Both the position numbers and the translations under genes were made by a program. A DNA stretch of 63,784 nt from Octopus bimaculoides (lineage: Eukaryota): the NCBI RefSeq assembly GCF_001194135.2, contig NC_068988.1, positions 55,117,767 to 55,181,550 of the forward strand. The letters are read 5' to 3'. Of this stretch, positions 1 to 10,820 are shown piece after piece. The notes beneath the pieces were generated by a model that searched no databases, had not been told where the DNA came from, and saw only the letters and a program-made list of their open reading frames with translations. The number at the start of each line of letters is the position of its first letter. Positions within the stretch are counted from its first letter, which is position 1.

Positions 1-95
1 AGTCAACCTCGGCGGAATTTGAACTCAGAAAGTAAAGACGGGCGAAATGCCGCTAAGCATTTTGCCCGGCGTGCTAACGTTTCTTCCAGCCTTAT
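1..95 (+). mobile_element. SINE-like family D, 3' part
   Basis: GTCAACCTCGGCGGAATTTGAACTCAGAA...GCTAAGCAT core, shared with copies at 16.1, 49.2 and 55.4-56.0 kb. Confidence 0.8.
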
Positions 96-299
96 CGTCC
101 TGTAGAATATTATCTCCTGGTCCTTACGTGTTTTTATCAGTCAAGTCTCTATGTGAGGATAACTACCCCTCTTCTTCCTTTCGCCCCCATTCTCAGAGAT
201 CTTCAAAAGGATCAGATATGTTGCCTTTTCTGCTCTTACTAAGCCATGTAAAACAAAACAAAAACAAAACAAGAAAAATGAACGAAATGTTTTACTAAC

Positions 300-2248
300 C
301 TGAGTAAGTCTAACATTACATCCAAAATGTTGACTTTTGGAACTGCTTGCTTCTCAACGGTCATATTGATGCCAAATTGGCCTGGTTGAATGGTAAGTGC
401 TAGAATGACTCCAGTCATTAACGCTATAAACGACGTGACAGAATAATAAAATAATGTACGTAGACAGATGCGGCGTGTCAGCCCCCTGTCGAGCGATGCA
501 AGGTTCGATATAAGGCCAGAGATAATCAACGGTGTGGCTAGCATCTGTAATACATTAGTGAATAACTGGCCAGGAAATCGTAGATAGAGAATGGTGCGGT
601 AATCTTTCGATGAAATCACAGACCGAAGACATGTTCCTGTAATGAGTGCGAAGACACTTGCCAAGAAAGCAAGTAAGTTTAGAGAATGTATTTTACATTT
701 TTTACATTTTTGCCGATACTGATTATCGTCATCGGATGTAGTCGAAAGTTCTGAGTCACTGGAAGAGCCGTCGACTGTAACAAAGAACTTTTGGACAGTA
801 TTAACAGTATTAGAGGCACTTGAAAAACAATTAGATTTTTTTGCACTATTCATAGAATTTCGTTGATGACGAGTTGACAACGATTCGCCGGAACATTCTC
901 TTGAATTTTCATTCAAATGCAATCCATTTGCAACAACTGGTGAAGAATTGTCTTCTTCTACATAAATCGTCGTATCGACATCAGAAATGGGATCATCTTT
1001 CATGACAACTTCCAATGTTCTCTTTTTACGTTTCTGAGAAGTTTTGGTAGGACTTCGCAATATTTCCATTTTTCTGATTTTTTTTCGAAAATGAACCGGT
1101 GAACTAGTAGATTCTTCGATTGTGTTCGATGGAAATTTGTTACCATTTGAGTTATTCTGCGTCGATGATTCATTCTGGCAAACAGAAGGAGACGATTTAA
1201 CGTTGTTTTCAGAGGTAGAATCTCTAACACAGCACTTCACCGAAGGTTCATAGTCAACACTTGTAAAAGCGGTTTCTTGTTCCGTATTATCATATGTCGT
1301 CGCACCATCAAATAGACTATCGTCTTGGTTATTGAAAACAGGATTCATATCTTCAGAGATATCCGTTAAATCAGTTTTGGAAAGATCAGTCAATGGTATA
1401 TCACCGTCCTTTAAACTGGAAGATTCTCCCTCACTAGATGATGGTCTGTTTTCTTGTTCCGCATTATTATATGTCGCCGTACCTTCAGAGAGGCTATCTT
1501 CTTCATTATCAGAAACAGTATTCATGTCTCCGAAGTTATCTGTTGAGTCAGTTTTGGAAAGATCAGTCGATGGTACATCGCTGTCCTTTAGACTAGAAGT
1601 CTCTTCTTCGTTAAATGATGTTCTACCATCAGATACTTGTATCAACTTATCCTCTTCATCCACTGCACTAACAGAGTCGGACACGGCAAAAATGTTAATC
1701 TCACCACAAACTGATGAACTTTCATCCATTTTCTTTCCTGTCTGGTTAAATTCAGAATTATGAAAATCAGTTTGTACTTCTTGTTTGATTGTAATGTCTG
1801 ATTCAAAAGATTGTATTGTCTGATTTTCTTCATCTACCGAACATGCAGGAAGCATTTGCAACGTTTTCTCCCCATCTAATGCTGACTCATTATTTTCTTC
1901 CTGTAGTTTGTCTCTTGGAGGTTTGATATCAACCAAAGAATTCTCAACTCTATCCATTCTTTCTTCATGCAAGGTCTTAGAAGCTGTTTCACTGGGTAGG
2001 TTTTTGTCGACTGTTTCAGGTGTGTTGACCCGTTCAGTACATTCAGTTTCAACTGGGGAAACCCTACTAGAAGGAGAACTGTCCAGCTGCTTCATTTTCT
2101 CCAACTGGATGGACCTGGTGTGAAGCTGGTCTCCAAAGACAGCTGTGTTTATTCCAAAACTTGCTGCTAAAGAATATCTCTCTTTGCTGTTATCCTCTCT
2201 GTGTAACCTGTCCAGCGAGCTAAGGGCGACATTCGAGTTTCTGGGCGA
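300..2248 (-). CDS. SLC1A: Large coding exon of an SLC1A/EAAT-family amino acid transporter: long N-terminal tail plus TM1-TM3 and the start of extracellular loop 2. Downstream exons lie outside the window.
   Basis: FPGQLFTNVLQMLATPLIISGLISNLASLD...RTLFYYSVTSFIALMTGVILALTIQPG...VMLDLLR matches the EAAT FPGExxMRMLKMxILPLI..SL..G.ASLD / YY..T...A...G..L...IHPG / DLIR pattern. Acceptor TTTCTTCTCTTTTTCTCTTAG (AG at 2250-2249). Phase-2 donor AG|GTTAGT at 299, at the DLIR|N junction. Frame is open from 2248; first ATG is at 2095 (the track start at 2104 is TTG). NMT sequon in loop 2. Confidence 0.93.
1274..1630 (-). repeat. 177-bp (59-aa) coding tandem duplication in the EAAT N-terminal tail
   Basis: TTCTTGTTCCG recurs at 1274 and 1451 and GTTTTGGAAAGATCAGTC at 1374 and 1551 (period 177). 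Units: SSLKDSDVPSTDLSKTDSTDNFGDMNTV...ATYNNAEQE and SSLKDGDIPLTDLSKTDLTDISEDMNPV...TTYDNTEQE. Confidence 0.9.
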
Positions 2249-2585
2249 CTAAGAGAAAAAGAGAAGAAATACTGTTTGGCAACATTCTCCCTACCTCTCT
2301 CTTTGTTTCAGTCTCTCTCCCTCCCTCTCTCACCCGTACCTCTCTTATTCACACATACTCTATCTCTTTCTCTCTCTCCGCTCTTTCTCTCGCTTCCTCT
2401 CTTTCTCTCTCTCGCCCTCTCTCACCCTATTAACACGCGCGCACCAGAATACGTGCGTATGTGTATATATCTTGGTGTGCATATTTATCTACGGGCCTGT
2501 ATACATGTACCTGAGTGTATGCATGTGCGTGTGTGCGTGTATAAGCGCATATATATATATATACATGTATATATATATATATATG

Positions 2586-2631
<46 letters not shown>

Positions 2632-3029
2632 NNNNNNNNNNNNNNNNNNNNNNNNNNNNNNNNNNNNNNNNNNNNNNNNNNNNNNNNNNNNNNNNNNNNN
2701 NNNNNNNNNNNNNNNNNNNNNNNNNNNNNNNNNNNNNNNNNNNNNNNNNNNNNNNNNNNNNNNNNNNNNNNNNNNNNNNNNNNNNNNNNNNNNNNNNNNN
2801 NNNNNNNNNNNNNNNNNNNNNNNNNNNNNNNNNNNNNNNNNNNNNNNNNNNNNNNNNNNNNNNNNNNNNNNNNNNNNNNNNNNNNNNNNNNNNNNNNNNN
2901 NNNNNNNNNNNNNAACGGCTCCAAATGTCTTCAATAGTTTGTCTAACACCATTCAAACACCTTTTCTTTACTACAAATACACAAACACCTTCATTCTCCG
3001 CATTACATTTAATTCTGTACTTGACGTCA

Positions 3030-3408
3030 CCACCACCACCACCACCACCGCTACAATCCCCATCATCAATACACCATCACCTCAGTCGTAACCATTTACA
3101 TCCCAACTATAGCAATCACTGTATAAACATCACTGCTACCGTTGTTGGGACAGTCACGGTTGGAACGCCTTTGATCACAGATCTGTTCAATTAGAGTTGA
3201 CCTGGAACCAAACAACGAAAACATTGCTACCACCACGACCAGTGTCACCACCACCATTATCATCATCATCACAACTACCGCCTCCCCCGCTGCCATCACC
3301 GTCACCGCCTCTGCAGCCGCCGCCAGCCGCTGCCACCGCCACTACACCTACCACCGCCACTACACCTACCACCACAACCACCACCACCACCACCACCACT
3401 ACCACCAC
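3030..3408. repeat. (ACC)n/(GCC)n/(ATC)n low-complexity tract
   Basis: Directly visible trinucleotide runs up to the N gap. Confidence 0.9.
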
Positions 3409-3890
3409 NNNNNNNNNNNNNNNNNNNNNNNNNNNNNNNNNNNNNNNNNNNNNNNNNNNNNNNNNNNNNNNNNNNNNNNNNNNNNNNNNNNNNNNNNNNN
3501 NNNNNNNNNNNNNNNNNNNNNNNNNNNNNNNNNNNNNNNNNNNNNNNNNNNNNNNNNNNNNNNNNNNNNNNNCTTCATATATCATTTCCGTTATCGAGTC
3601 AGTGAGAGAGTCTCTGCGAGGTCATTGACCCGCTACAACTAACAGCTAAATCTCCCTTGTATCAAACCGAACGGTCTTGGAGGAGGAGGGAGACGATAGA
3701 TAATGAGCTCCTTAAAAAAATTAAAATTGATGGAATGGTCACACGTGGAAGATTTTAGATCAGTGGTTCTCAACCAGGGTCCACATCAAGAACTGACATT
3801 GTCTTTTGAATCAGACGATACAATCAAACAAAAAGAACTGATTAATATTCGTAATTCAGAATTTAACCGAACAGGAAACAAAATGGATTT

Positions 3891-4268
3891 CTTTTACTTG
3901 TTTCAGTCATTTGACTGCGGCCATGCTGGAGCACCACCTTTAGTCGAAGAAATTGACTCCAAGACTTATTCTTTGTAAGCCTTAGTACTTGTTTTATCGG
4001 ACTCTCTTGCCGAACCGCTAAGTTACGGGGACGTAAACACACCAACATCAGTTGTCAAGCGATGGCGGGGAGACAAACACAGACATAAATATACACATAT
4101 ATAAGGAAACCACGGGCTTCTTTCAGTTTCCGTCTACGAAATCCACTCACAAGGCTTTGGTCTGCCTGAAGCTATAATAGGAGGCACTGGCCCTACGTGC
4201 AACGCAGTGAGACTGAACCCAGAATCATGTGGTTGGGAAGCAAGCTTCTTTACCACACAGCCACATCT
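3891..4268 (-). mobile_element. tRNA-derived SINE family A, near full length, CpGs retained
   Basis: tRNA-like head GGCTGTGTGGTAAGAAGCTTGCT...GGTTCAGTC and body AAAGCCTTGTGAGTGGATTT..GTAGACGGAAACTGAAAGAAGCCCG. Many copies in the window. Confidence 0.85.
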
Positions 4269-4321
4269 GTTGAGATTTTGTTAAAATTTTTGCGCAATAA
4301 ATTGGTTATATTTCTGCAACA

Positions 4322-4647
4322 GTGAAGGCGCGTGGCTTAGTGGTTAGGGCATTCGAATCACGATCGTAAGGTCGTGAGCTCAATTCCCGGAGACGTGTTG
4401 TGTCCTTGAGCAAGACACTTTATTTCACGTTGCTCCAGTCCACTCAGCTGGCAAAAATGAGTAGTACCTGTATTTCGATGAGCCGGCCTTGTCACACTCT
4501 GTGTCACGCTGAATCTCCCTGAGAACTACATTAGGGGTACACTTGTCTGTGGATTGCTCAGTCACTTGCACGTTAAGTTCACGAGCAAACTGTTCCGTTG
4601 ATCGGATCAGCTGGGGACCCTCGTTGTCGTAACCGACGGAGTGCTCG
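4322..4647 (+). mobile_element. tRNA-derived SINE family B with 10-bp TSD
   Basis: Head GGCGCGTGGCTTAGTGGTTAGGG...GAGCAAGACACTT. TTCTGCAACA is duplicated at 4312-4321 and 4648-4657. Confidence 0.88.
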
Positions 4648-5010
4648 TTCTGCAACACGAAATATTTTTAACAATTTTTTAAATACAATTCCTAATAATA
4701 TTTAATTATAAAAATATAATAGGATTATTTTTTTAAATATCAGATAATTATGAGGGTCCATCCGAATGAAATAGGAATCAAAGGGTTCCATGGGCAAAAA
4801 AATGGTTGGGAATTCACTGGTCTAGGTTATTCGTTACCACTATTATCACCAGCATCAATACATCGAGTGCCATCACCACCGCAGCTACTATCACCACCAT
4901 TGCAACTCTCATCGATGTCTTCACCATAATCAGCAGCATCACCACTTTCGCCAATATCATCAAGCGTCGCTATTATGTTATTTACCATAGCTATTAACTT
5001 CGCCGTTAAT

Positions 5011-5215
5011 GGAGGCGCAATGGCCCAGTGGTTAGGGCAGCGGACTCGCGGTCATAGGATCGCGGTTTCGATTCCCAGCCCGGGCGTTGTGAGTGTTTAT
5101 TGAGCGAAAACACCTAAAGCTCCACGAGGCTCCGGCAGGGGATAGTGACGAACCCTGCTGTACTCTTTCGCCACAACTTTCTCTCATTCTTTCTTCCTGT
5201 TTCTTGAGTAACGCT
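5011..5215 (+). mobile_element. tRNA-derived SINE family C
   Basis: GGCGCAATGGCCCAGTGGTTAGGGCAGCGGACTCGCGG...GGTTTCGATTCCC head. A reverse-strand copy lies at 46.2-46.46 kb. Confidence 0.8.
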
Positions 5216-5319
5216 ATATGGGCTAAGTATTAACATCCTCAAAACGCAGTTAGATCTCATTATCCAAACTCCAAGAGAGCTTTCGCTAAAAAATAATAAA
5301 TAAAAGGCATGAATGATCT

Positions 5320-5705
5320 TGATTATTGGGACCGCCTTAAAAATATTGAATCTTCGTTCTCTCCAGCGCCACGAGCGCTACATCATTTGCCCAATGTGGA
5401 GCATATACCACCGGCATTGCTCAAACCACCTTAACATTGGATTCAGAATTCATCCAAGGCTGGGGCCACGTACCATATGCTTCCTACACAATTCAGATTC
5501 ACAACATATAAAATTCACTGCAACACAATTTCATTTCCTCAACAGGCTCTGCGCTATTTAACATTATTCCACAACAACTCAAAGAAGAAAAGTTCTCATC
5601 ACCTTTAAACGAAACCTGGACAAATTTCTTCAGGGGATACCAGATAAGCCACCTATATCTAGATACATCTCAGTCAACAACTCTCTTCATGAATGGGCCA
5701 TGATA
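5320..5705 (+). mobile_element. 5'-truncated CR1/L2-group LINE 3' end, frameshifted
   Basis: DYWDRLKILNLRSLQRHERY...ALFNIIPQQLKEE...TFKRNLDKFL..IPDKP C-terminal motifs. Confidence 0.7.
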
Positions 5706-6765
5706 CCTCAAAACTTGACACATAAAAATGTGACTTAACAGATCCTATCAGGAGATGTTATTAAGTTAGACGTGGCATAAGCCAATCTTTGGCCGAAACA
5801 ACTAATTTATGACGTTTATACATATTATGATTACCTAAAATGCAATACACCCGTTAGCATCTACACGCGTGCGCAAGCACATACGTATGCACACACGCAC
5901 GCACACACATACACAGCCTCATTAACCGTTGTGAATTACAGCTACATATATACATACATTGAACACGTATGCATACACAAGCGCGCTCGCATGAGATGTA
6001 AAGCGTAATTAAATAACACTCGACTATCTTAAATAAAAAGTAAGGACATATTGAATAATACAGTCCTTGAAATGACAAGATGGTCACTGGTGGAACGTCT
6101 TTGATCCTATGTTTGCTAGATCAGGACTAATCTGGGATTAAACAACAGAAACAACATACATACAAAAGATCCTACATACATATATACATACACAGAAACA
6201 TACACACATGCATCTAAGAAGAAACTACAATATAGTTTACACCTGTTCATAATCACACACATTCACACACACACACACACACACACATCATATACAAGCA
6301 CACACATGCACATACACACACCAAGAAGCAACCATATTATATATTTTACCTATTCTCAAACGCACACGTACACAGAGAGAGAGGAAATGAGAGAAAGAAA
6401 GAAAGAAAGAAAGTGTGAGTGAGAGAGAAGGCTGACCACACAGGTACACAGGCACGCAAGAAATAACCGTAAAGTATGTCTTACTCGCGTACATACTCAT
6501 TCTTCTCTCTCTCTCTCTCTCTCTCTCTCACACGCACGCGCGCGCGCGCACACACATACCTCGACACACAAAAAACAATTCATCAGCCAACCAACCAGCC
6601 AGCCAACCAACCAGCCAGCCAGCCAGCCAGCCGGCCACACATCATCAACCAGCCACCCTGTTTGCACGAGGTGTGTCCCTGCTAACAACACAACGATGGT
6701 TGTGGGGGTGTAAATCACAACAAACATCTAGTGTGGATTTTCTAACATTGTTGCGAAAGTGTCAC

Positions 6766-6846
6766 CTGACGAGACGTCGGTGTCGGAACATCCGAAATCT
6801 TCACACACACATTATTAACTTGATTCTCTCTAAATTTACTTTCCAT
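6766..6846 (-). CDS. Candidate upstream (start-codon) coding segment of the EAAT gene, MESKFRENQVNNVCVKISDVPTPTSRQ
   Basis: ATG at 6846, 27 open codons, then a phase-0 donor CAG|GTGACA at 6765 that matches the phase-0 acceptor at 2248. Locally CpG-rich. No homology support. Confidence 0.35.
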
Positions 6847-6954
6847 CAACTTTTCACTGACTTTTCTTGATTTTTTATTTTTGTTTTGCAGTTTCTTACC
6901 AATCCCCAAATTAATTTTCATGGTGTGTGTGCGTTTATGCATGTGTGCGTGTAT

Positions 6955-7019
6955 ACGTATGTATGTATGTATGTATGTATCTGTCTGTCTTTCTGTATGC
7001 ATGTATGTTTGTATGTATG

Positions 7020-7060
<41 letters not shown>

Positions 7061-7135
7061 ATCTGTCTGTCTGTCTGTCTGTCTGTCTGTGTGTACGTAT
7101 GTATGTATGTATGTATGTATGTATGTATTTATGTA
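6955..7135. repeat. Compound tetranucleotide microsatellite (TATG/TATC/TCTG)n
   Basis: Directly visible. (TA)n, (CA)n and (GA)n tracts are also frequent, for example ~2545-2631, 51642-51712, 54578-54642 and 57096-57167. Confidence 0.95.
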
Positions 7136-7158
7136 TACAAGAGTTACGGAACGAAGTA

Positions 7159-8478
7159 TTGGGTTGGCAACTAAGTTCTCGCCGTTTTTTAAAATTTTGG
7201 AATTTATTGCGTTTTTAAATTTTGGAATCTATTTTTTCCGAGAATTCTATTTTTGAATCATTTTGAAATCTTTTCTTTTTTTTTCTAGTTAATTTTAGTT
7301 AATTTTTGTTTATTTTCAGATCATTAAAATGGAATGTCAAGTTAAGAAAAACAAGCATTTTCAACACCTCCTTCTTTTCCCTTTTAATCAAAGTTCTAAG
7401 GCCGCAAAAGCTACTCGCAACAGTTATGCTGCGTATGGAGAGGCTGCTATAGCTGAAAGAACCGCTCGTGATTGGTATNNNNNNNNNNNNNNNNNNNNNN
7501 NNNNNNNNNNNNNNNNNNNNNNNNNNNNNNNNNNNNNNNNNNNNNNNNNNNNNNNNNNNNNNNNNNNNNNNNNNNNNNNNNNNNNNNNNNNNNNNNNNNN
7601 NNNNNNNNNNNNNNNNNNNNNNNNNNNNNNNNNNNNNNNNNNNNNNNNNNNNNNNNNNNNNNNNNNNNNNNNNNNNNNNNNNNNNNNNNNNNNNNNNNNN
7701 NNNNNNNNNNNNNNNNNNNNNNNNNNNNNNNNNNNNNNNNNNNNNNNNNNNNNNNNNNNNNNNNNNNNNNNNNNNNNNNNNNNNNNNNNNNNNNNNNNNN
7801 NNNNNNNNNNNNNNNNNNNNNNNNNNNNNNNNNNNNNNNNNNNNNNNNNNNNNNNNNNNNNNNNNNNNNNNNNNNNNNNNNNNNNNNNNNNNNNNNNNNN
7901 NNNNNNNNNNNNNNNNNNNNNNNNTCTTCATCCGCGTAAAACGATGTTGTGCGTATGATGGGACTGAGAAGGGATTATCCATTACGAATTGCTTGAACGG
8001 AACCAAACGGTCAACGCGGAACTCTATGTTCAACAGATGGAACGACTCAACACGGCTATTCAAGAGAAAAGACCTAATCGGCAGCATGGAGTTCTACTGC
8101 TGCACGACAACGCCCGCCCTCGTATCGCCAATATGACCAAGGAAGCCATTCAAACGCATGGCTGGGAAGTGCTGCAACACCCGCTGTACTCTCCTGATTT
8201 GGCACCAACGGATTTCCACCTCTTTCGATCTCTTTCAAATGCTATGCGCAAAGTTTCGTTCAATACTGATGCAGAATTGAGAGCTTGGTTGGATCAATTT
8301 TTCTAGTCGAAATCGGGTGCTTTCTACCAACGAGGTATTGAAAACCTTATTGAACGTTGGGAAGAAGTTGTAAACAACAAGAGTGAATACATTTTTGATT
8401 AATTAGTTGTTATTTTTTATTAAACCTTTAAAAAAATTTAAATTTAAAAAAACCGCGCGAACTTAGTTGCTAACCCAA
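7159..8478 (+). mobile_element. Mariner (DD34D) transposon, about 1.3 kb, centre in an N gap
   Basis: TIRs TTGGGTTGGCAACTAAGTTCTCGCCGTTTTTT and AAAAAACCGCGCGAACTTAGTTGCTAACCCAA. TA at 7157-58 and 8479-80. Confidence 0.95.
7329..8402 (+). pseudogene. Mariner transposase pseudogene
   Basis: N-terminus MECQVKKNKHFQHLLLF; motifs LLHDNARP and HPLYSPDLAPTDFHLF. Premature TAG at 8304-8306 before the terminal RWEEVVNNKSEY. Confidence 0.92.
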
Positions 8479-8924
8479 TATATACATATACATATGTCCA
8501 TGTATGAATGTATGTATGTGTAATGCCAATCATTTGGTTGGTCTTATTCCGCATGTGATCTTGAATACTCGTGTGTTCAGCTACAGTAGCACTGTTCCAA
8601 ATGTGAGAGTAGGACTCCATTGTTTGTCTCATCTGAATTTTGTAGTTATTAATAACTATTAGGGGAAGGGAAATGCCAGTCGTTTGAAAGCTGTCCCAAA
8701 CCGGTATCAATTTCGTGTTCGTACTTATCTCCATTTGCCTTCACATTTTTAGCTGTTTTTTATGTATGAGAATAAGAATTATTGATCGTGTACTTTATTA
8801 AATCATTTATTGAAAAAGGGTTAACAAAAATGAAATGGGTTTTAATCAACAGTTTTTTTTTTCTTTTGAATTTGGTTTGGAAGATTCTCGATGTGAATTC
8901 GTTTTTAGAAAAACAATTTTTTCT

Positions 8925-9258
8925 CTTGGGGGCGTCATTACACCAATAATAACACGCGCACTGGTTCAATATTACTTCTTTATTGTTAGTCAATTGTTTA
9001 AATATCTAACCAGCGAACTAATTGATCGTCTACTTAATGTGATGGCTAAACAAGCAATCAGTCGTGTGTTAGTCAATGTCCTTTCGCTGCTAATCGCGAC
9101 CTTTTCAGTGACTTTCCCTCTCAGTCGATTGTTTAGCCAGCATATTAAACAAACGATCGATTTGTTATTTGATTACATATTTAACCAATTGATTAACAAT
9201 AAAGAAGTGATATTAAACCAGTGCGTCTTATTATTATTGATGTAGTGACCCTCTCAAG
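8925..9258. mobile_element. Palindromic MITE with ~125-bp imperfect inverted arms
   Basis: Left arm GTCATTACACCAATAATAACACGCGCACTGGTTCAATATTACTTCTTTATTG matches the reverse complement of the right end. A second, decayed copy lies at 25.6-25.86 kb. Confidence 0.75.
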
Positions 9259-10619
9259 ACACAGGTTAAAATCGCAATATACATTAAAAACAAAATGCAT
9301 CTTATTACTAGTGTTGTACTTAATTGAAGTTTTGGCTTTTTCTAATACTTTTTTTTTTCATTGTTACTGGTTTTATTAAATTCGAAACAACCTATAAAAT
9401 TCATGAAACATTCACGTCTGTTTCTTTCGTCAGTAGTAGCGTTGCTAGGGATGGTGAGAGGAGGGATCTGCTCCGGATGACGCTCTTATAGAGGCGGCAC
9501 TTTTAGGCTTGCCGCATACGCCTCTAAAGGCTTGGGGGCCAGGAGTGGGGCGCAAACTCAAGGGCTGACCTGTATGACAAACGCTCTAACTACACCACTG
9601 TTCGTCAAACCTTTGAGGATCAATCAGAGAAGTGATTCTTTCAAAATCATCGTTGTCTCCTAGAATCTAAAATAAGAACAAAATTTCAAGAGTACACTTT
9701 TTCATTCCACAAATTTTATTTGACTTGAGAACAAAATTCCATTTCTTTTGACGATTTCTCTTTTTCTACTCCAAATCATTTTCAGTTTCATTAGATACAT
9801 TTTTGCTATAATCAAATTTGATATTTAATTTACAGAAAACCCAGATTGATTCTTCAACTTCTTTTCATTCTGGAAACTTATTCAAAATCATTCAGTGCAA
9901 AAAGAAAAGAAAGAAAAAAAATTAATTTAGTGCAAGTTTAATTAGCATTCTGCGTGGTAAATTTTTCTTCTTTTCTTTTTATTTCAGTAAAAGTAAATAC
10001 CACTTCAAGAGTCAACTGCATAATTTTATACGTAGCATATCATACAATGGCTGACATTTGATTGTTGATCTGTAATTAACATGAAAAGTATTTGAATAAA
10101 GGTTTACGAAATTCTTTCTGTTTATCATCAAAATCGTCAAAACATTTCATAAATGTGTGAAGTCAATATTAACTGACTTTGGTTAATTTTCATGATCAAA
10201 CCACACCGTGTAAACGTTGTTTAAAAATGTATGTTAGTTTTGAAAGTAGTTTAACTATGCAGAAAGTCACACATTGTTGATATTCCAGCGTATCACTCCA
10301 GACAAAACCTTTAACCCTGTCGCTAGGGTTTGTTGTTATCTGGTCTGTGGTGGTGGCTGGTTGAGTTGCTGAATAAAAATATATTTCTTGGGTTGCGTGT
10401 ATAAGTAACTGAATAACACTCGCGAACATTTGATAGAAGATTTTATAATCGACAGAAAGATAAACTGCGTTGGTCCTTTTACAGATAACAACGATAATTA
10501 CATACTGAGAGTTTACGGCAAGCTATTGATACAGCAACATGGGGCTTTCCCAACAAAACTGGAATTAATAGTATTATATTCGTGGTGACGGGGATTCCTG
10601 TCGTCTATCTGTGCCATCT

Positions 10620-10770
10620 GTCTTAGCCGTCGTCCGGTTGGTAAAAATGCGCGCCGAACGGTTTTTATAGGGGATCGGAAGTCAAATTCTAGAATGTTAG
10701 AGAAAACTTGTCCCCGCCATCGCTTCACGCTGATTGGTCGGTTAATAGACCGAGCACGTGGAACTATAGT
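10620..10770 (-). promoter_or_regulatory. Candidate Pol II promoter facing the EAAT gene
   Basis: In minus-strand order: CACGTG (10760-10755), CCAATCAG (~10737), GGCGGGG (10718-10712), ACTTCCG (10682-10676), TATAAAAA (10669-10662). Lies in a CpG-rich patch. Confidence 0.4.
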
Positions 10771-10820
10771 GGTTTCCTCGTGATACCTAACTGCGTATCC
10801 AGAGATTCGGTTTCAAATCA

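Larger units (their letters stand above)
3761..4819. mobile_element. hAT/Charlie-type MITE carrying two nested SINEs
   Basis: Termini CAGTGGTTCTCAACC and GGTTGGGAATTCACTG. Flanks TTTTAGAT and GTCTAGGT resemble the NTCTAGAN 8-bp target. Confidence 0.65.

Noticed and set aside
239-299. C-terminal 19 aa (LVKHF...FYMA) and the start at 2104 of the 621-aa ORF
   Set aside because: The tail is read-through into the intron after the GTTAGT donor, and 2104 is a TTG codon.
1332-2123. Plus-strand ORFs of 143 aa and 71 aa antisense to the EAAT exon
   Set aside because: Expected shadow frames of a Ser/Glu/Asp-rich coding strand and its duplication.
4322-5100. tRNA-like sequences with A/B boxes
   Set aside because: They are heads of multi-copy SINEs with long bodies and TSDs, not tRNA genes.
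10196-10429. Minus-strand 77-aa ORF with a phase-0 AGG|GTTAAA site that could splice to the EAAT exon
   Set aside because: The donor is weak and the ATG is preceded by other ATGs; the 6766-6846 candidate is better supported.
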